Assembly: GCA_013115145.1 (NCBI GenBank)
Contig: JAAPAO010000052.1
Span: 37,869 to 101,868 of the forward strand
Direction: 5' to 3'
Length of the DNA stretch: 64,000 nt
Source of the DNA: Perkinsus chesapeaki ATCC PRA-425
Lineage: Eukaryota > Protista > Perkinsozoa
The notes below the pieces were generated by a model. The model was not told the DNA's origin. It made no database searches and was given only the letters and a program-made list of their open reading frames with translations. The stretch's first letter is position 1. Each line of letters starts with the position of its first letter. A program made the translations under genes and the position numbers. Positions 38,317 through 52,486 of the stretch are shown here, piece by piece.

Positions 38317-39979
38317 TTATTGTGTACGCTTCTTAGTTATTGATAATGCATATATACCCAAATAAGTACTTATCTCCTCCATTGAATCGGTTAAAAACCT
38401 AATAATAAGATAATGGATATATAATTATGATAATAAGGTTGTGTTATTGTTAGTATTACTTCCAACTTTTATATACCAAGAAGCCTAGATAGAGTCCTAG
38501 TATTATATCACTATGTCTTGGGAATAAATGCAAATAGTCTATTATAAATATTATTGGTAATGGTACCAATAATGAATTATATCTAGGATATTGCATACCA
38601 GTCATACCACATAATATCATATTATTAGTTAAATAGGTAAATGCTATACCAAATGTACCAAGCACTAATCTAGGATGCACTGTTGGTATAATACTCCATA
38701 ACATACCAAATATCATAAGTAATGTAATAGGTATTAATTGGGCCATAGCAGTTACCTAACAATATAGGAGGATGAAGATGACTTTGATGGTATGATGATG
38801 ATATATAATAATACCTTATCTTTGGCATGCCTCATAACATTTAATATAGCATCAATACTACCATAACCAGTAACACAGCTGATGCATATTATTATATAAT
38901 CAATAAGCTCGAGGTTAATACTGGGTATAGGGTGTATATGCCAACTAATAAGAAGAAGAAGAAGAGTGGTATGAAATGAAGATGATGATGATAGTAATAA
39001 CTTACATAGATGGACCAAAGAAGTAGGATATCATATGCAATCCCATACTAGTAAACTGTGCCTCAGTTACACCATAAAATGATAAACCACTACGGAAAAC
39101 ATGGGTATGATATCTATAATAATAATATATCATAATATACTACTCTTACTACTGTTATTACTCTTCCCATTGAGCTAGAAAGAATGGTACTATCATAAAC
39201 ATGAGAAATGCCATAGCCCTAGGGCCACATCCAAGAGCTGTGCCTAATAGAGGGTATTGTGGATGATAAAGTATAAAGGGATGATACCACTTACTGGCCA
39301 TAGCACTCATACAGATAAATGTGGTTGATATAGAATCACAACCATGATCGAATAACTGACCTAATGGTCCAGCACTTCCTGTCCTTCGAGCTTGTTTACC
39401 ATCAATAGCATCCATAGTTTGATAACTAGTATATAGTTATATACACTTATACTTATTATCTTACAAGAATAATCCAAAGGCATTAGCTAAATACGTCCAT
39501 TTAGGGGCTTCTTCAGTGAATGTTGGAGTATAATATGCAATACAAAAATAAGATATAACCATTGCAGCTAGACCAACTAATGTTATCATATTAGGTGCCA
39601 TCTATATTGATACTATCCCCCTTTATTATTATATATCTTACCTTTTTAGGTATAAGTACAATAACTTTATTCCAAAAGTATTTATTCATAATATTATCTA
39701 ATGGTGTTGGTGTACCAGCTTTATACTCATAGTTAGATAACGTCTTTAAACCCTAATACCATAACAACCACCTTAACCATGTATAATATAAAGACACTCT
39801 ACCTCCTCTGTTATCTTCATTCTTTTATCCTTTATTAAATCAATCCTCTTTTGTGTTGATGAAGGTCCTTCTCTTACTTCGTTACACTTATCATCACTAT
39901 TAGACTTTTTGGCAGTAGATCTAGTCCTACTGCTAGATCTCCTTTTTGATGAAGACGCGTTACTATTTTTAGATGACAT
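38317..39979 (-). CDS. Choline/ethanolamine phosphotransferase (CDP-alcohol phosphatidyltransferase)
   Basis: MAPNMITLVGL, the signature DAIDGKQARRTGSAGPLGQLFDHGCD, FFLAQWEE, and the end EISTYLGIYALSITKKRTQ*. Confidence 0.9.
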
Positions 39980-40160
39980 AAGGGGCACTACTATACCAAT
40001 ACATCATAACCAACATCCTCCCAATGCCGCATTTCCCCTCGACGCTCCATAAAGCCAGCGGTCGTGAAGTGCACCCTGACTTGCTCACTCTTGCACTCTT
40101 GAGTTTCCTCAACGCAATTGCGCGCTTTGCCTTAAACCATGACGCGTTATTTGAATCGTA

Positions 40161-41187
40161 ATGTCTGTTGGATATCCTGTTCGTAGATCACTAGATCTAA
40201 TAGATGGTGGGGCATCGGAGCCTGTTGATGCACATATATACTCTATGATGAGAAAACAGCCATATGATACTAGAGGGTTAATGTATATGTCATTACAGGT
40301 AGGGAAGAGTATGGTATTAATAGTAGTAGGACTGTTAGTGTCCACAAACACATAGGAAAGGGGATATAAGGTTACAAAGGAGGATGGATAATCAAATATT
40401 ACATTCAATATATCCACAGTCTTATGGAGACTATCAGATAAAGAGAAGAGAGCTACGGTAAAGGTATAGGAGTGTAGGAGGGGTTATTATACAATATTAG
40501 ACCACCAACACCTGAGATGAGAAAGTCATTAGATAAAAGGGATATAGTATGTGGTAAGGTATAGTATTAATAATATACAATATAGTGTGATGGTAAGGTA
40601 AACATACACCATCTATAGTGTTAATTAAGGATGAATATAAAGCTAATCTGAGAGGAATAGATCATAACACTAGACAAAGGAAAGATTATGTAATAGGCCT
40701 TTGTAGGTTAGTAGACGGTATATACAGCTTTATTATAGATAAATAAGAGTATGAGTGTAGATCAGCTACATTCAGAATCAGCTATATTAGCCCATTGTAA
40801 GACGGCTAATACCTATACAATGGATATAGGTACTACAGCAATAGGGAGGGAGCTACATAGTAAGGATAGGGATAATATAATATTAATAGGGATATATAGA
40901 TAAAAGAAGGCCACATCATAGCCAAGATAGACTGGAGTGCTTTGATTTTGGTATAACACGTAGTAATAACCATTATTCTAATATGGTAATAGGTAAGCTC
41001 TATAAGGTAATAATAGATATTATTATTAGGATAAGTTAACACGATCTGATGCATATTATATCAAACCACGATTAGCTATAACTAATAATAGTGTTAAGTA
41101 AGTCATCATCAGATTAATAACATCTTATATTAGGTATAATTCAGGTATAATATAATTAATAATGAAAGACGGAGGTTTGTATACTAA
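40161..41187 (+). CDS. Hypothetical basic protein (multi-exon)
   Basis: MSVGYPVRRSLDL..., LQRRMDNQILHSIYPQSYGDYQIKRRELR and LTRSDAYYIKP...NNSVK|YNIINNERRRFVY*. Confidence 0.45.
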
Positions 41188-41299
41188 CCATGACCACCAC
41201 CACCCTTTACCAGTCCATGACTATCCTTATGTTGCTAGCTGTTTGATATTGTGTTATGTAGAACACTATATAAGTTGAGATATTGTATAGTAGCCCTTA

Positions 41300-42515
41300 T
41301 GACTGGTTATATGCCGGCCACCTCTACTACATCCATCACAGATACATCTGGGACCATGGACTATATAACACAACATCAAGAGCAACAGCAACAACAACAC
41401 TTAACAGCATCATCTTCATCACTTTGTAGGATCATCCTCCTTATCTATTATCGTGTTATCGGCATTATTTAGGCCAACGTATTACAGACTTCTTAATGAG
41501 GTTGTGTATTAGGGGTTCAGACACTACACCAGATGTAATATCAGATGCTAATGAGGCACTTATACCTATAAATGATAATACATTACAATATGGTACTAAG
41601 GATGATAATACATTACAATATGGTACTAAGGATGATAATACATTACAATATGGTACTAAGGATGATAATACATTAANNNNNNNNNNNNNNNNNNNNNNNN
41701 NNNNNNNNNNNNNNNNNNNNNNNNNNNNNNNNNNNNNNNNNNNNNNNNNNNNNNNNNNNNNNNNNNNNNNNNTTACAATATGGTACTAAGGATGATAATA
41801 CACCGCTAACAGAGGAGCTACCAAAGGATGCCAATGTGAGGGTCATTGAACAAGAGGAGGCATTGGACAGGGCTTATAATTTACCTAGACCAAGGGGTGA
41901 TCATGTAAGAGTGTATGCTTTAGCATTACACGCAGTAGCATACACGAAGTGGTATTATAACATTTTGGGGATATATTATATCAATATACACAACATAGAT
42001 TGGTGTATTACAGTCTATGTTATCTACACTTTCTCTTTAGCCACCTCCATCAACATGTGTATCATCAACATCATCAACACTATCATCAAGCCCTGAGGTA
42101 AAGCCAGTAGAGGAAGGAGAAGGCGGGCGGCATAGAAGGAATAGACGTAATGATAATGGTGATGGTGGTGGTCGGTATGATAAGATATAAAATGACATGA
42201 TGTTTAGAGACAATAGACTTCTCTGGTATACCAACACCAACTATAAGTGATGCTGATTCAGATGATGAGTTCTTTAATGGGGCTATTAATCGTAATGATG
42301 ATGATGATGAAAGTGATAAGGTAGTATTAAGGATATATACAAAGTATGGTACTAGTTATGATTATTAGGTATCATCAGGGAGTAGTGGTACATCTGAGAA
42401 ATTAGAGCGTATAAGAGAGGAAGGAAGAAAGAGAGTAGAGGCAAGGAAAAGAAGGAGGTTATTAGAAGAAATGGAGGCAGAAGGCAACCTAGGCAAGGGA
42501 ACAGCTTCTAATTAA
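41300..42515 (+). CDS. Hypothetical low-complexity protein containing DDNTLQYGTK repeats (start uncertain; spans the gap)
   Basis: Open frame through the repeat, then EELPKDANVRVIEQEEALDRAY, SDADSDDEFF and KLERIREEGRKRVEARKRRRLLEEME...SN*. Confidence 0.4.
41571..41802 (+). repeat. 30-bp tandem repeat (GATGATAATACATTACAATATGGTACTAAG), interrupted by an N gap
   Basis: Three full units and a partial unit before the Ns, about one unit after. The unit encodes DDNTLQYGTK. Confidence 0.95.
41677..41772. other. Assembly gap (96 N)
   Basis: Run of N characters. Confidence 0.99.
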
Positions 42516-42770
42516 TAAAAGGCTGCTACTACAATTGGGGATCACAGTGTTATTACCAATTCATAACTTAGTAGTAACTATCTCTGTTGTTGTTGATGAT
42601 GATGATGATGATAATAATGCCAAGTGTGAAGTAAGTAATCATGTTATCATGATTAATGATATCTATCTCATTTGGTGTTGTTGATGTTATAAATAATATA
42701 TGGGAAGGGGTATTTAGGGGTTTAATAAATGGTATAGAGTTAAATGATAAAGAGTAATAGATGTAGTGTA

Positions 42771-45573
42771 ATGATAACTAGAAGGGATGCAGTAAGGGAT
42801 GAGAAGGCTAAGGCACTATTACATAGAGTAAAGGAACTTAATAAAGAATTTAAGGTCATCATCAGCAGCAGCTTAAACAAGAAGAATAACATAAGTAATA
42901 TACAGTTATATATAGGTACGAGCATGTAGTAGAGAGCCAGAGATGATATCAAACCTTTGGACTACTTTAAAAGATTGTTTATTATTTACTTTTGGTTCAT
43001 TGGATACAGCCTTCAAGGCCCTTGATGTTGGTAACAGGAGGAGTAGTACAGTAGATCATACTGATCTACAGAGAATGCTTAGAAGGACTGGTTTTACTAT
43101 TAACCCTAGGATGGTTAGGTAATGATAACATGGACTAGTATAGGAGGATGAGGAGTTATTACCGTAGGACTATATTCCAGAAGACTAATAATGGTGATAG
43201 GGAGATGTCTATAGATGCATTTCAGAGAGTAATACTATTATTAAGGGTTATGGATGATGATATCTCAGCAGCAGCAGGAGTATCATCACTGTATAGATAC
43301 TTATAGCTAGCGCACTCGGAAAGATATCATCGAGCTTGAAGATATTAGAAGTTAATCGTAAAAGAGTTAAAGAACGATGTGGTAGATTTATTGAGATATT
43401 ATTTAATGGTTGTTATAAGAATCAGAGCTATCTGGTAAATAGTATTATTATTAAATATAGTAGTATTATAATAATACTAGTAGATACAAACATTTAATAA
43501 TAAGATAACTCCAACACTTGTTATAGACCAATTCAAGCCAACACTTGCAATGATAGTAATACTTGATGTAATGGTATAGGTAGTATCAGATAGTTATATT
43601 ATTAGATATTAAAAGAACAGAGGAGGAGACGAATAAAGACTAATGAAATACCATGTTGTCTATCTTATACAACATTCTTTGCTCTTTGCCAGAAGCTTAA
43701 TATATTTTTAAAGTAATAAGAATAATAATACATTATTATTATTATCTTAAAATAACCTTATTATAGGCATGAGGAGCCTCTACTTAAAGGTTTGTTTTCC
43801 ATTGCTAAGAGCCCTGCTAGAAGGACATGTAATATATGTGGTACATCTTATAGTGGTGGCGAAGGAGGAGGAGGACATAATAATAATAGAGTTGGATTCT
43901 TGAGATTATTAACATGTCTTAGTCTATTAACCCATACAGAAGCTAGTAAAGGTATAATATTAATAATAAAGGCCGGTTTATTATCAATGGCACTTTATAG
44001 ATGATAAATTAAGAATGTTAGTTGATGTACATGATGATGATGACGATAGATGTCTATCTATTAGACAGGTATATTCCCTTATTACTAATGCTACTAGTAT
44101 AACAGCTGCGGTAATAATAGGATAGTATATTAGGAAGTATAATAATATATTGTTTATTTAGATAGAAAGGTTAGGAGATGGTTATACTGGTAATGATGAT
44201 GATGATAGGGATGAGGTTGTTATAGCTGAAATAGATAGACAACAATGCAATAGAGTCTTTGTAAGGTGGTTGATATTATTATAACTATTATTAAATATTA
44301 ATGGACAGATAGCATTAATGAGACATCTTATGCATATAACAGAATCAAACCTATTCACCAGTGAAAAGGAGGAGGACGCTATTGGTGGGTTACCTTATAA
44401 TATATATGCATTAATAAATGGTGAAGAACTACTAGAAGGGTTAAAAGTAGTTAATGAGGAGTGTAATCTAGAAGGGAAGAGCCTATTAGATCACATTATA
44501 CCTGGTATAGTAGTAATAGGTATTCATATGGTGATAATACTGCTGCTGTTGTATAAGGTACAATACCACTGAGACAGTTATTAACTAATAGTAAAGCATA
44601 TAGGGCTATAATAGAAAGGGTTAATGAGAGACATATAATACATAAAGAAAAGAGGACTATAAGGCATAGGTAGCTATTAATAACAGCAATAAGAACAACA
44701 CTTCATGATTATCATTACAGATTGCGTGGTTTATCAAGGTTGAATAGGAGCAAGTCTTGTAGAGTTGATTTAGGAATAATAAAGAGGGGTATGGAGTCAC
44801 TAGGTCTAATAAGACAGCAGCAGCAGCAGGATGATAATACGAGTAGTGAGCATTTACTCATCAAGTACTTTAAACCTATAGCAGATCATATTAGCCGAGT
44901 GCAAGGTGGTCCATCCACCACCACCACCTCCTGTACTTGTTCTTCTTCTTCTTCCCCACCCTCCTCAACAACAGATTCGGGTATAGAGTCTGACTCTGAT
45001 TGGTCTGACTTTGAAGCTGTAATACGACAATCTAAGAAAGTAGGAGGATATGAAATAAAGACATTAACAGATAAGTGATAATACTATGAGTTCATATGAT
45101 GATAGTATTATCATTCATTATTATGTCAGACATGATGATAATATTGAATATATGTTAAATGGAAGATGGAAGAATGGACAACACTTATCCTTGAACAATG
45201 CTAATAGTCTTACATTAGGAGCAGTTAGGAGCATGCCAACATTAAGGGACTGGACCTCTATGTCGGGTCTACAGAGGTTGACCAAGCTAGGTATCATCAT
45301 AATGCACTATAGTTTATTATAACATAGTAGCTCAATACTACTATCATAGGTCGAGAACTCAATGCATCATCAATAGCAGCAGCAGCAGCAGGACGGGAAG
45401 GAATAACACCACCCGTACATGAGATAGTTGAGCATGGTATTGGTAATGTGGATGGTTCGCTGAAGCTGGCAACAACTGGTAGACTTACGATCATGCCACC
45501 ACCACCTCATAAACTATCAAACCCTCGAAGTTTAAAAGGGTTAAGAAAGGATGATGGACTATCAACATTGTAA
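42771..45573 (+). CDS. Hypothetical protein with possible EF-hand-like loops (multi-exon)
   Basis: FGSLDTAFKALDVGNRRSSTVDHTDLQRMLRR, GFLRLLTCLSLL and LVDVHDDDDDRCLSIRQ; ends DDGLSTL*. Exon chain approximate. Confidence 0.4.
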
Positions 45574-45605
45574 GGCAGCAGCAGCAGCAGCACATTGTTG
45601 ACCTG

Positions 45606-45922
45606 ATGAGATTGGACTGGATAGGTGGTGTGGTAGTTACTCTGATAGATGGCGACAATCAGGTCGACGGCTCAGTTCCGCACGATTCCGCAATACCTAT
45701 TCAACTAAACTCAATTCTACCCTACGAAAACATGGGTACATTTGCCACACTTGTCCCGTGCCTTTAATTGCACCACTTTGATAGGCCTGCTGATGCCGGA
45801 GGGCAAGTTACTTCGAATAATACTGCAGCAGGACAACGTCGACGTAGGAAAAGTGATGTGAGCTTGTTAATGGAGCTATTGAGACCTATTGAAGAGGGAA
45901 ATGAAGATGATGACGATGATTC

Positions 45923-45953
<31 letters not shown>

Positions 45954-46417
45954 AAGAAGGACTCTATACAGAATGATAATGAGGTAAATAGAGTATGGTA
46001 AATAGTTAAGGTGTTTAATTCATGATACAGGAGGTGGTGTTGGAAGACAGCTGCTCAGCAGCAGCAGCTCATAGTGTTACTTTCGGTAATACCGCTACAT
46101 CATCCGAGCCCCATGATGAGCAAGCCGAAGACTTTAGTCGTAGAAGTATTATAGTTCTTCGTGCTGTGCTTGGCTATGTTGTTATAGATCATTATAACGC
46201 CTTTGTTGAAGCTATACTATCCCTGCCTGAGAATACTCGTATTCACCCAGCTAGAGTTCTAGCAGCCTTTAGAGCAACAAATGATACAGGAGGTAGTAAG
46301 GGGTGTACACTAACAAGAAGAAGGGTATTGTTATTGTTGTTAGGTTTAAGAAGATTCTCCACACATGCATGTAAAGTTTGTCTTACTCGACATTCTACTG
46401 GTTTTCCTATCCATTAG
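45606..46417 (+). CDS. Small hypothetical protein with a poly-Lys tract
   Basis: MRLDWIGGVVVTLIDGDNQV..., EDDDDDS-polyK, SIIVLRAVLGYVVIDHYNAFVEAILSLPEN. Confidence 0.35.
45924..45959 (+). repeat. (AAG)12 microsatellite in a coding frame
   Basis: Perfect AAG run. Confidence 0.9.
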
Positions 46418-46468
46418 GGATGCATTATGTTGCTGCATGTCATGCTCATGTGATGCCTTATGTCATTT

Positions 46469-46490
46469 ACCGACCGACCGACCGACCGAC
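46469..46490. repeat. (ACCG)5.5 tetranucleotide repeat in a convergent intergenic region
   Basis: accgaccgaccgaccgaccgac. Confidence 0.85.
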
Positions 46491-46707
46491 TCAATCATAC
46501 ACATCCATTTTTAATTGCGTTGTGTTAGTCAAATATCTTACCGCCGTACTCGTTTAGCAAGGTACACTAGAAGGTAGGGAGGATGTTATTAAGTACCACT
46601 AGGAATAACAATACATAAATGATAGCAATTGAAACCAAGTATTAGAAATCGACAACAACTATAGAGTCAACGATTCTAACTATATTAAAGCAACATTAGC
46701 CATGGAT

Positions 46708-48085
46708 CTATGACTTTGCTTCGGCGGACGACGACAGCGAGCCAACTTTCTTCCGTACAACATATTCCCATTGATTTACCGGCTTGCTATCGACTGCCGA
46801 GTCGAAGTCATGAGGATCGGCAATTGATTGAGCATTGAAGGCATGGAAATATGCGAAACTGTAACGTGGCTCAGATAGATGGACTTCTGGTTGGACAACT
46901 CTATGTTTGATAGCTCTCCACCTAGAGGAGGTCTTACAAGTCCAATAAGGGTAAAGCTTGTCTTACTTGTGATTTGTCCAATAATCCATCATATCACCAG
47001 TGTTAACTAATATCTCATCACAACCAGTCTTAACATCAATCCAATTTCCTAGGGGATCAACTATCTGTAAATACCTATACAAAGTAGTAGTATTGCTGCA
47101 CTTAGCCAACTTTCAAGGTTACATTCCACAAGCATCACTATTGGCTTGACGTAGGAGAGTTAAAGGGCCCCAATCACTGTGAACAGAACATCTAACACTT
47201 CCTGGTGATACATTAGGATCCTGATAATAAAATATATAATATAAATAAGTACACTTAATGCATACATCTTTATAACATAGTAATCGTAATACAGAGAGAT
47301 GCTCAATATTTAGTTTATCAAAAAAGTAAGGATCCTTGCCAAGAGAGATTGCCAGTATTCTGTAAACTAGAGCGGTAACTAAAAGGATCGGATATTAGAG
47401 CTAATATATCATCATGCGTACCTCTTTCCATCTCTCTATAATAAGCCATATACTTTTCCTTGAAGTCACTTGGTAACCTAGGCCATTTGGTTGGGCCTAT
47501 GATAGAACAATATATACAGTTTTCACTGCAGAGCCTACTGCATGCTTACCTGTACGAGTGGATCCTGGAAAAGGAGCTGTAGATGGCCAAATCTGATAGG
47601 ATTCCTTTGCATCTCCTTGTGGTTTATCTTTAGTAAAGTCATCAGTTTCCTCGCTTGTATATAACAACTCTCCACCAGCATCATAACCCTCAAAGTCATC
47701 AGCAGTTGCCATCACCTCACATTTAATATCTTCAGGTAGATCAAAAAATCTGAAGACAAGCTTTATCGATTCGCTCATAAAGTAGTATGAGTTTCATACT
47801 CTTTAGAAGCCTGTTCAATACCTTCACAGACATCACTTGGTACACCATGATTTACAATAATAAAACAACCGTACCTGCTACTAGTAGCTTAGTCATGAAC
47901 AACAAAGGCAAGGCCCCCTACTGGTCCATAGCATTGGACACCGTTATAGCTAATGAACGTAGTATATCCAAGTCATCAGGATTACTAACGGCCTCGGCAA
48001 GATCCAGTCTAGGTATTAATTTGTCGGGTGAGGAAGCATCTTGTGGAGTTGCAGCTCCTCGAGAATAAGCCGCATCATATACCAT
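46708..48085 (-). CDS. 2-oxoglutarate/Fe(II) dioxygenase (IPNS/DIOX_N-like)
   Basis: IPRLDL, YGCFIIVNHGV, FFDLPEDIK, GDAKESY, NKWP, VHSDWGPLTLL (HxD), ILVNTGDMMDYWTN...HRVV...RYSFAYF (distal His, RxS). Confidence 0.88.
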
Positions 48086-48426
48086 GAGCTCTACGGCGAG
48101 ATAAGTGGATAATAACTACTACGGTTGTAGTAAGGATTAGAAGCCGCCCACACTACTAGTACAGTGGAAATGCATGAGAAAAGACGTTTTATAAGCATCA
48201 CTCTACCCTTCACAATGATGTATTTACAGCTCATTGCCAATTGCACCATGCCAGCTGCTGGGGTACTTCAAAATACTGATACTTGTACAAGCTTTGACTG
48301 GACAGGTGTTTGTGGCCGCCAATGAACTGTTACAACATAACAAGGGATATAGTCAGAAAAAAAGAAGAAGAACTCTACAGTACTGGATTAAGTGAGGAGG
48401 AACCGTCATTGTAATTTGGTAACCTT

Positions 48427-50420
48427 CTAAAGGACAACCTTCTTAACCTTCACTCTTGATGGATCGATATTTAGTGACTTTGATACAGCCTAAAGCAGCA
48501 GATTAGATAATATGGGTTAATGGTGGTGATATAACTTACATCAATGAATAAACTCTCAAGGCTAGCCTTAGCCGATTTCTTATCACAACCAAACATTGAT
48601 GACACACCATTATCCCAACCAATATTAATACGCATACGCCCTGATGCACATGATGATGATGCTGCTGATACGACCCTTGAAACACCAGCACCTAAATACG
48701 GTATTAATAATATATCATCATCTCCAACATGGCAACATGGTCATCACCTTTAATGTTATCTACTCCTTTAGTTACATTGCTACTATCACGAATGATTGAG
48801 TTAGCAGGCGGTACTGTAGCCGATGGTGATGGCCCCTTTGGTGCAGTAGTAGTACTAGTAGCAAAGGGTTGTGTGAGGTCAGGTATTGTTTGAAATACAT
48901 CGTTATCATTAACATCAGCAAAGGCAGCATCCCACTAATAAAAGGTATATCAATAATAATGTAATAGTATTGCAGCTTACTGCAGCCACTGCATCAGCCG
49001 TTGCTTTTGGTCCTTGTCCAGTAGGAGGGGTAGATGATGATGATGTTGGCTCTTGTTGTTGTTGTTGTATTGGTATAGCCTACATAACATATTACTTCAC
49101 ATATTTATACTATTTATTACATCCCATCCATCAAAGCCCAGCATATTATCATCATTATTAGCAGCTACTGTATCCTTATTATTATTAACTCGAGGAGCAT
49201 CAGGTGGTGGTGATGGTAGTGCTGTGTCCCCTATAGGTTCAGGTAAATGTATTGATGCTGTTGATGATGATGGTTGTTGTTGTTGCGGTCTCTGTGGTGG
49301 TGGTGGTGTCCTATGGTTTTTAGATGATTTAGACCTATACTCAATAATAGTATTGACCCTATTATCATTGTTATACTTACTTTCTACCCCTTGAATGAGA
49401 CCTCCTTGATCTACTATGACTACGCCTATCCCTGCCTCCTCCTCCTCTCCTACTACTCCTACGTCTATCAGCATCATCAGATTCTCGCTGTCTACTAGAC
49501 GACTGTCGTGATCTACCAGCTACACCAGGAAGGGCCAATGGTGGTATTGTATTATTATTATTATCCTGAATATATTAATATTATTACACTAGTATCCTGA
49601 TCGTATTACTGTATTATTTGATGTTACTCTACCATTATTATTATCAACAACCATATCATCCTCGTCGTCATCATCCTCGTCATCTTCGTCTTCTGGATTA
49701 AGCCTTTCTGTTTCCTCACCAAAACCAAAGGATGGTATATTAGCAAATGGATCACCAGCAGCAGCATCACGTCCAGTACTACTACCTAATAATAACAAAT
49801 ATTATTCATTATCAGCTACTACTACCCCTTATTACTCTGTCCTCCCCGACTTGACCGTCTCTGTTGTTGTCCATCAATATCCCTACCCGACCCTCTATTT
49901 CCCTGTTGTTGTTGTGCTATACTCCTTGTCCAATTGTCAAAGCGTGGTTCAACTTGACTAACCTACTAATACTACTACTATCATCATTGATATCATTCTA
50001 CTTGTTGCCATACTAGTTATTATTACTTGTTCTAATGCTTCAAATATCCGATCAGTACTACCAAACTGTCCACTCTCTACCAGCTCCTCAGCACATGCTT
50101 GTAATTTATCCCTATTCTGTTGTACCTAATACCAACAACAACAACAATACTAGTCTATTATTATTATCATTAGTAGTAGTATTTGCTGGTGGTCCTTGTT
50201 TATTACTACCTCTAACATTAGGTTATTAACAAAATCAGCACTATCAGGTGTAGCTGGTTGCCTTAATGCATCCTTAATAACATCCAATGATGAATTTAGT
50301 GTATCTACTAATTCATCAACATCACCAATAGATGATGATACTCCTGATACTCCACGGCCAGCAGGAGGAGGACGAGAAGGGGGCATTATAAAGGTAGATG
50401 GGTAGATATGCTGTTAGTTG
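48427..50420 (-). CDS. GAT-domain-like protein with a long low-complexity linker (5' end unresolved)
   Basis: DVDELVDTLNSSLDVIKDAL...; KLQACAEELVESGQFGSTDRIFEALEQ; C-terminal LESLFIDAVSKSLNIDPSRVKVKKVVL*. Confidence 0.45.
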
Positions 50421-50797
50421 GGTGGTGATGTTGGGTTGTATTACTGTATACCTTATTTAAAGTAATATTTATACTACTATATAACTCTTAATATCAATGG
50501 TTTACAGTATTATTAATAATAGGTTACATAATAATAGAATCAAGTTGTAGTAGAAATAGTGGTATGTTATCTAATTCTTAGTCACAACAACAATACATGC
50601 TAATGAGCACTACTTATCATCTACTACGTCTATTTAAACCTACTACTACTACAGCTACTGCAGCTACTCTATTATCATTCATACAGCTCCGTGGTGATAA
50701 TGATAATGAAGGTATTATCGCTGTTGTTGTTGTTATTCAACCAACTGTTGTTAGTGACTATATCCTCCCTCAGTAGGTGAATGATGGTGATGAGGGT

Positions 50798-52336
50798 TTA
50801 GAATACATCTCTACATACAGGACATGTCCTCTTATATCTAGACCAATTCTGTATGCATTTAATACAAAAATAATGACCACAACATAACTGCCATACCTAC
50901 TAATAATATTGTTAATAGCATCAGCAGCAGCAGCAGCCAATATCCTCCTCCTCTTATTTACCTCTTCATCATTGAATTCCTTCAAACATATGCAACAGCA
51001 ATCTGTAAAGATGCAGTCATCTACTATACTGGATGATTCGGGCTCAACGGCAGCCATCACATCATCATCATCTTCTATCATAGCAGCAGCAGCTCTTGTC
51101 AGCAGCTCTTGATTATCGTCATTTATTAATTCAACACGATCATTAATTACATTACCATTATCATCTGTATATTATACATAATATAGGCTACACCATTAAG
51201 GTTATACTACCTTTTAGTGTAGTTATATCCTCCTTCGTTAATTGTTCATTACTAGATAATTCTTGTTGTTGTGGTTTAGGTGGCATAGTAACCGTTCTAC
51301 CAGGTGGTATAGTTGACGCCTCCTCCTTCTCATTATTATTCTTCCTCCTTCTTGTTGTTGTAGAGTATAACCTCCTTACCCTACCTTCTAATCCACTGCC
51401 TGGTGGTCGCCATACATGCCTATATAATATACTTATCATCATTAATACTACTTATTACCTGCAATAACTACCAAGATGATGTATCCATTGATGCCTTTCA
51501 TGCTCAGTATCAGCTGCAAACATCCACTCCCTCCTTGTTGGTGTCTCTGCCTCTGTTCCTATCTCAAATGAGTATCTACCATCGTCATAACATTTAATCA
51601 TCATCCACCTCCCTTCTCTCCCCCGCCTCCATTACTTTCCAGCTATAACATTATAATTAGGTACTCTAGGGGTAATCTCCCATTCAACTAGATAGTCAGC
51701 TAATGCTAGATCTAATACCTATAACACCTTCAATACATCACTCTATACTATACTCTTATTATAACCTCAGTAACTAAGCCTCTAAGGACATCCTCCTCCT
51801 GTTTAAATGTATATAACTTATCTATTATTAGGATCTATAAGGCTACTGTAATGTATTAATTATAATAATATTATTACACAGTATCGTCTCCTAAACCTTT
51901 TTAAGTGTTTAGATTGTTTATATAAGTATCCCGAATAAGCTATATGATCCATATTAATGGTACGAGTAGCTGTAGTTGATACTAGCCGAGTAGTAGGAGG
52001 ATGATGATGAGGATAGGTATGGGTTTGGGTTTGGGCATTAGTTAAATCATTAGTATTGTTTATGTTGCCTGTTCCTCCTTCCTGTTGTTGATGATGTTGT
52101 AACGGTATTGGTCTCCATGATACTATTGGTATACCATTACTTAGTGCTAATGATGGAGTATAGTATGCCTATAAAGGAGGAGGAGGAGATGGAGATGGAG
52201 ATGGAGGAGGAGGCACGTTTAATATTATTACATCCATATTACTGCTGCTGCTGCTACCACCATCCGACCTTCTTAAATCATCCAATACCCTTCCTATAAA
52301 ATCACAGCATCCACCACACCCATCATTGGGGGGCAT
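50798..52336 (-). CDS. PH-domain + C-terminal RING-finger protein (putative E3 ligase)
   Basis: IAYSGYLYKQSKHLK (PH strand 1); CCICLKEF...CCGHYFCIKCIQNWSRYKRTCPVCR (RING). Confidence 0.7.
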
Positions 52337-52486
52337 TGATTATAACAAACTACTAAGTATAATAATAATACCAGCACCACCACCACTATAACACAATACA
52401 AAGGGGTATTACGTTGGTATGAAATGTTATTGGCACAAGGCAGTTATTCAACGTAGTGATTACTATACATTGTTATTACAGTGATG

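Noticed and set aside
41571-41802. CRISPR-like array
   Set aside because: The units are directly adjacent with no spacers, in a eukaryotic coding context.
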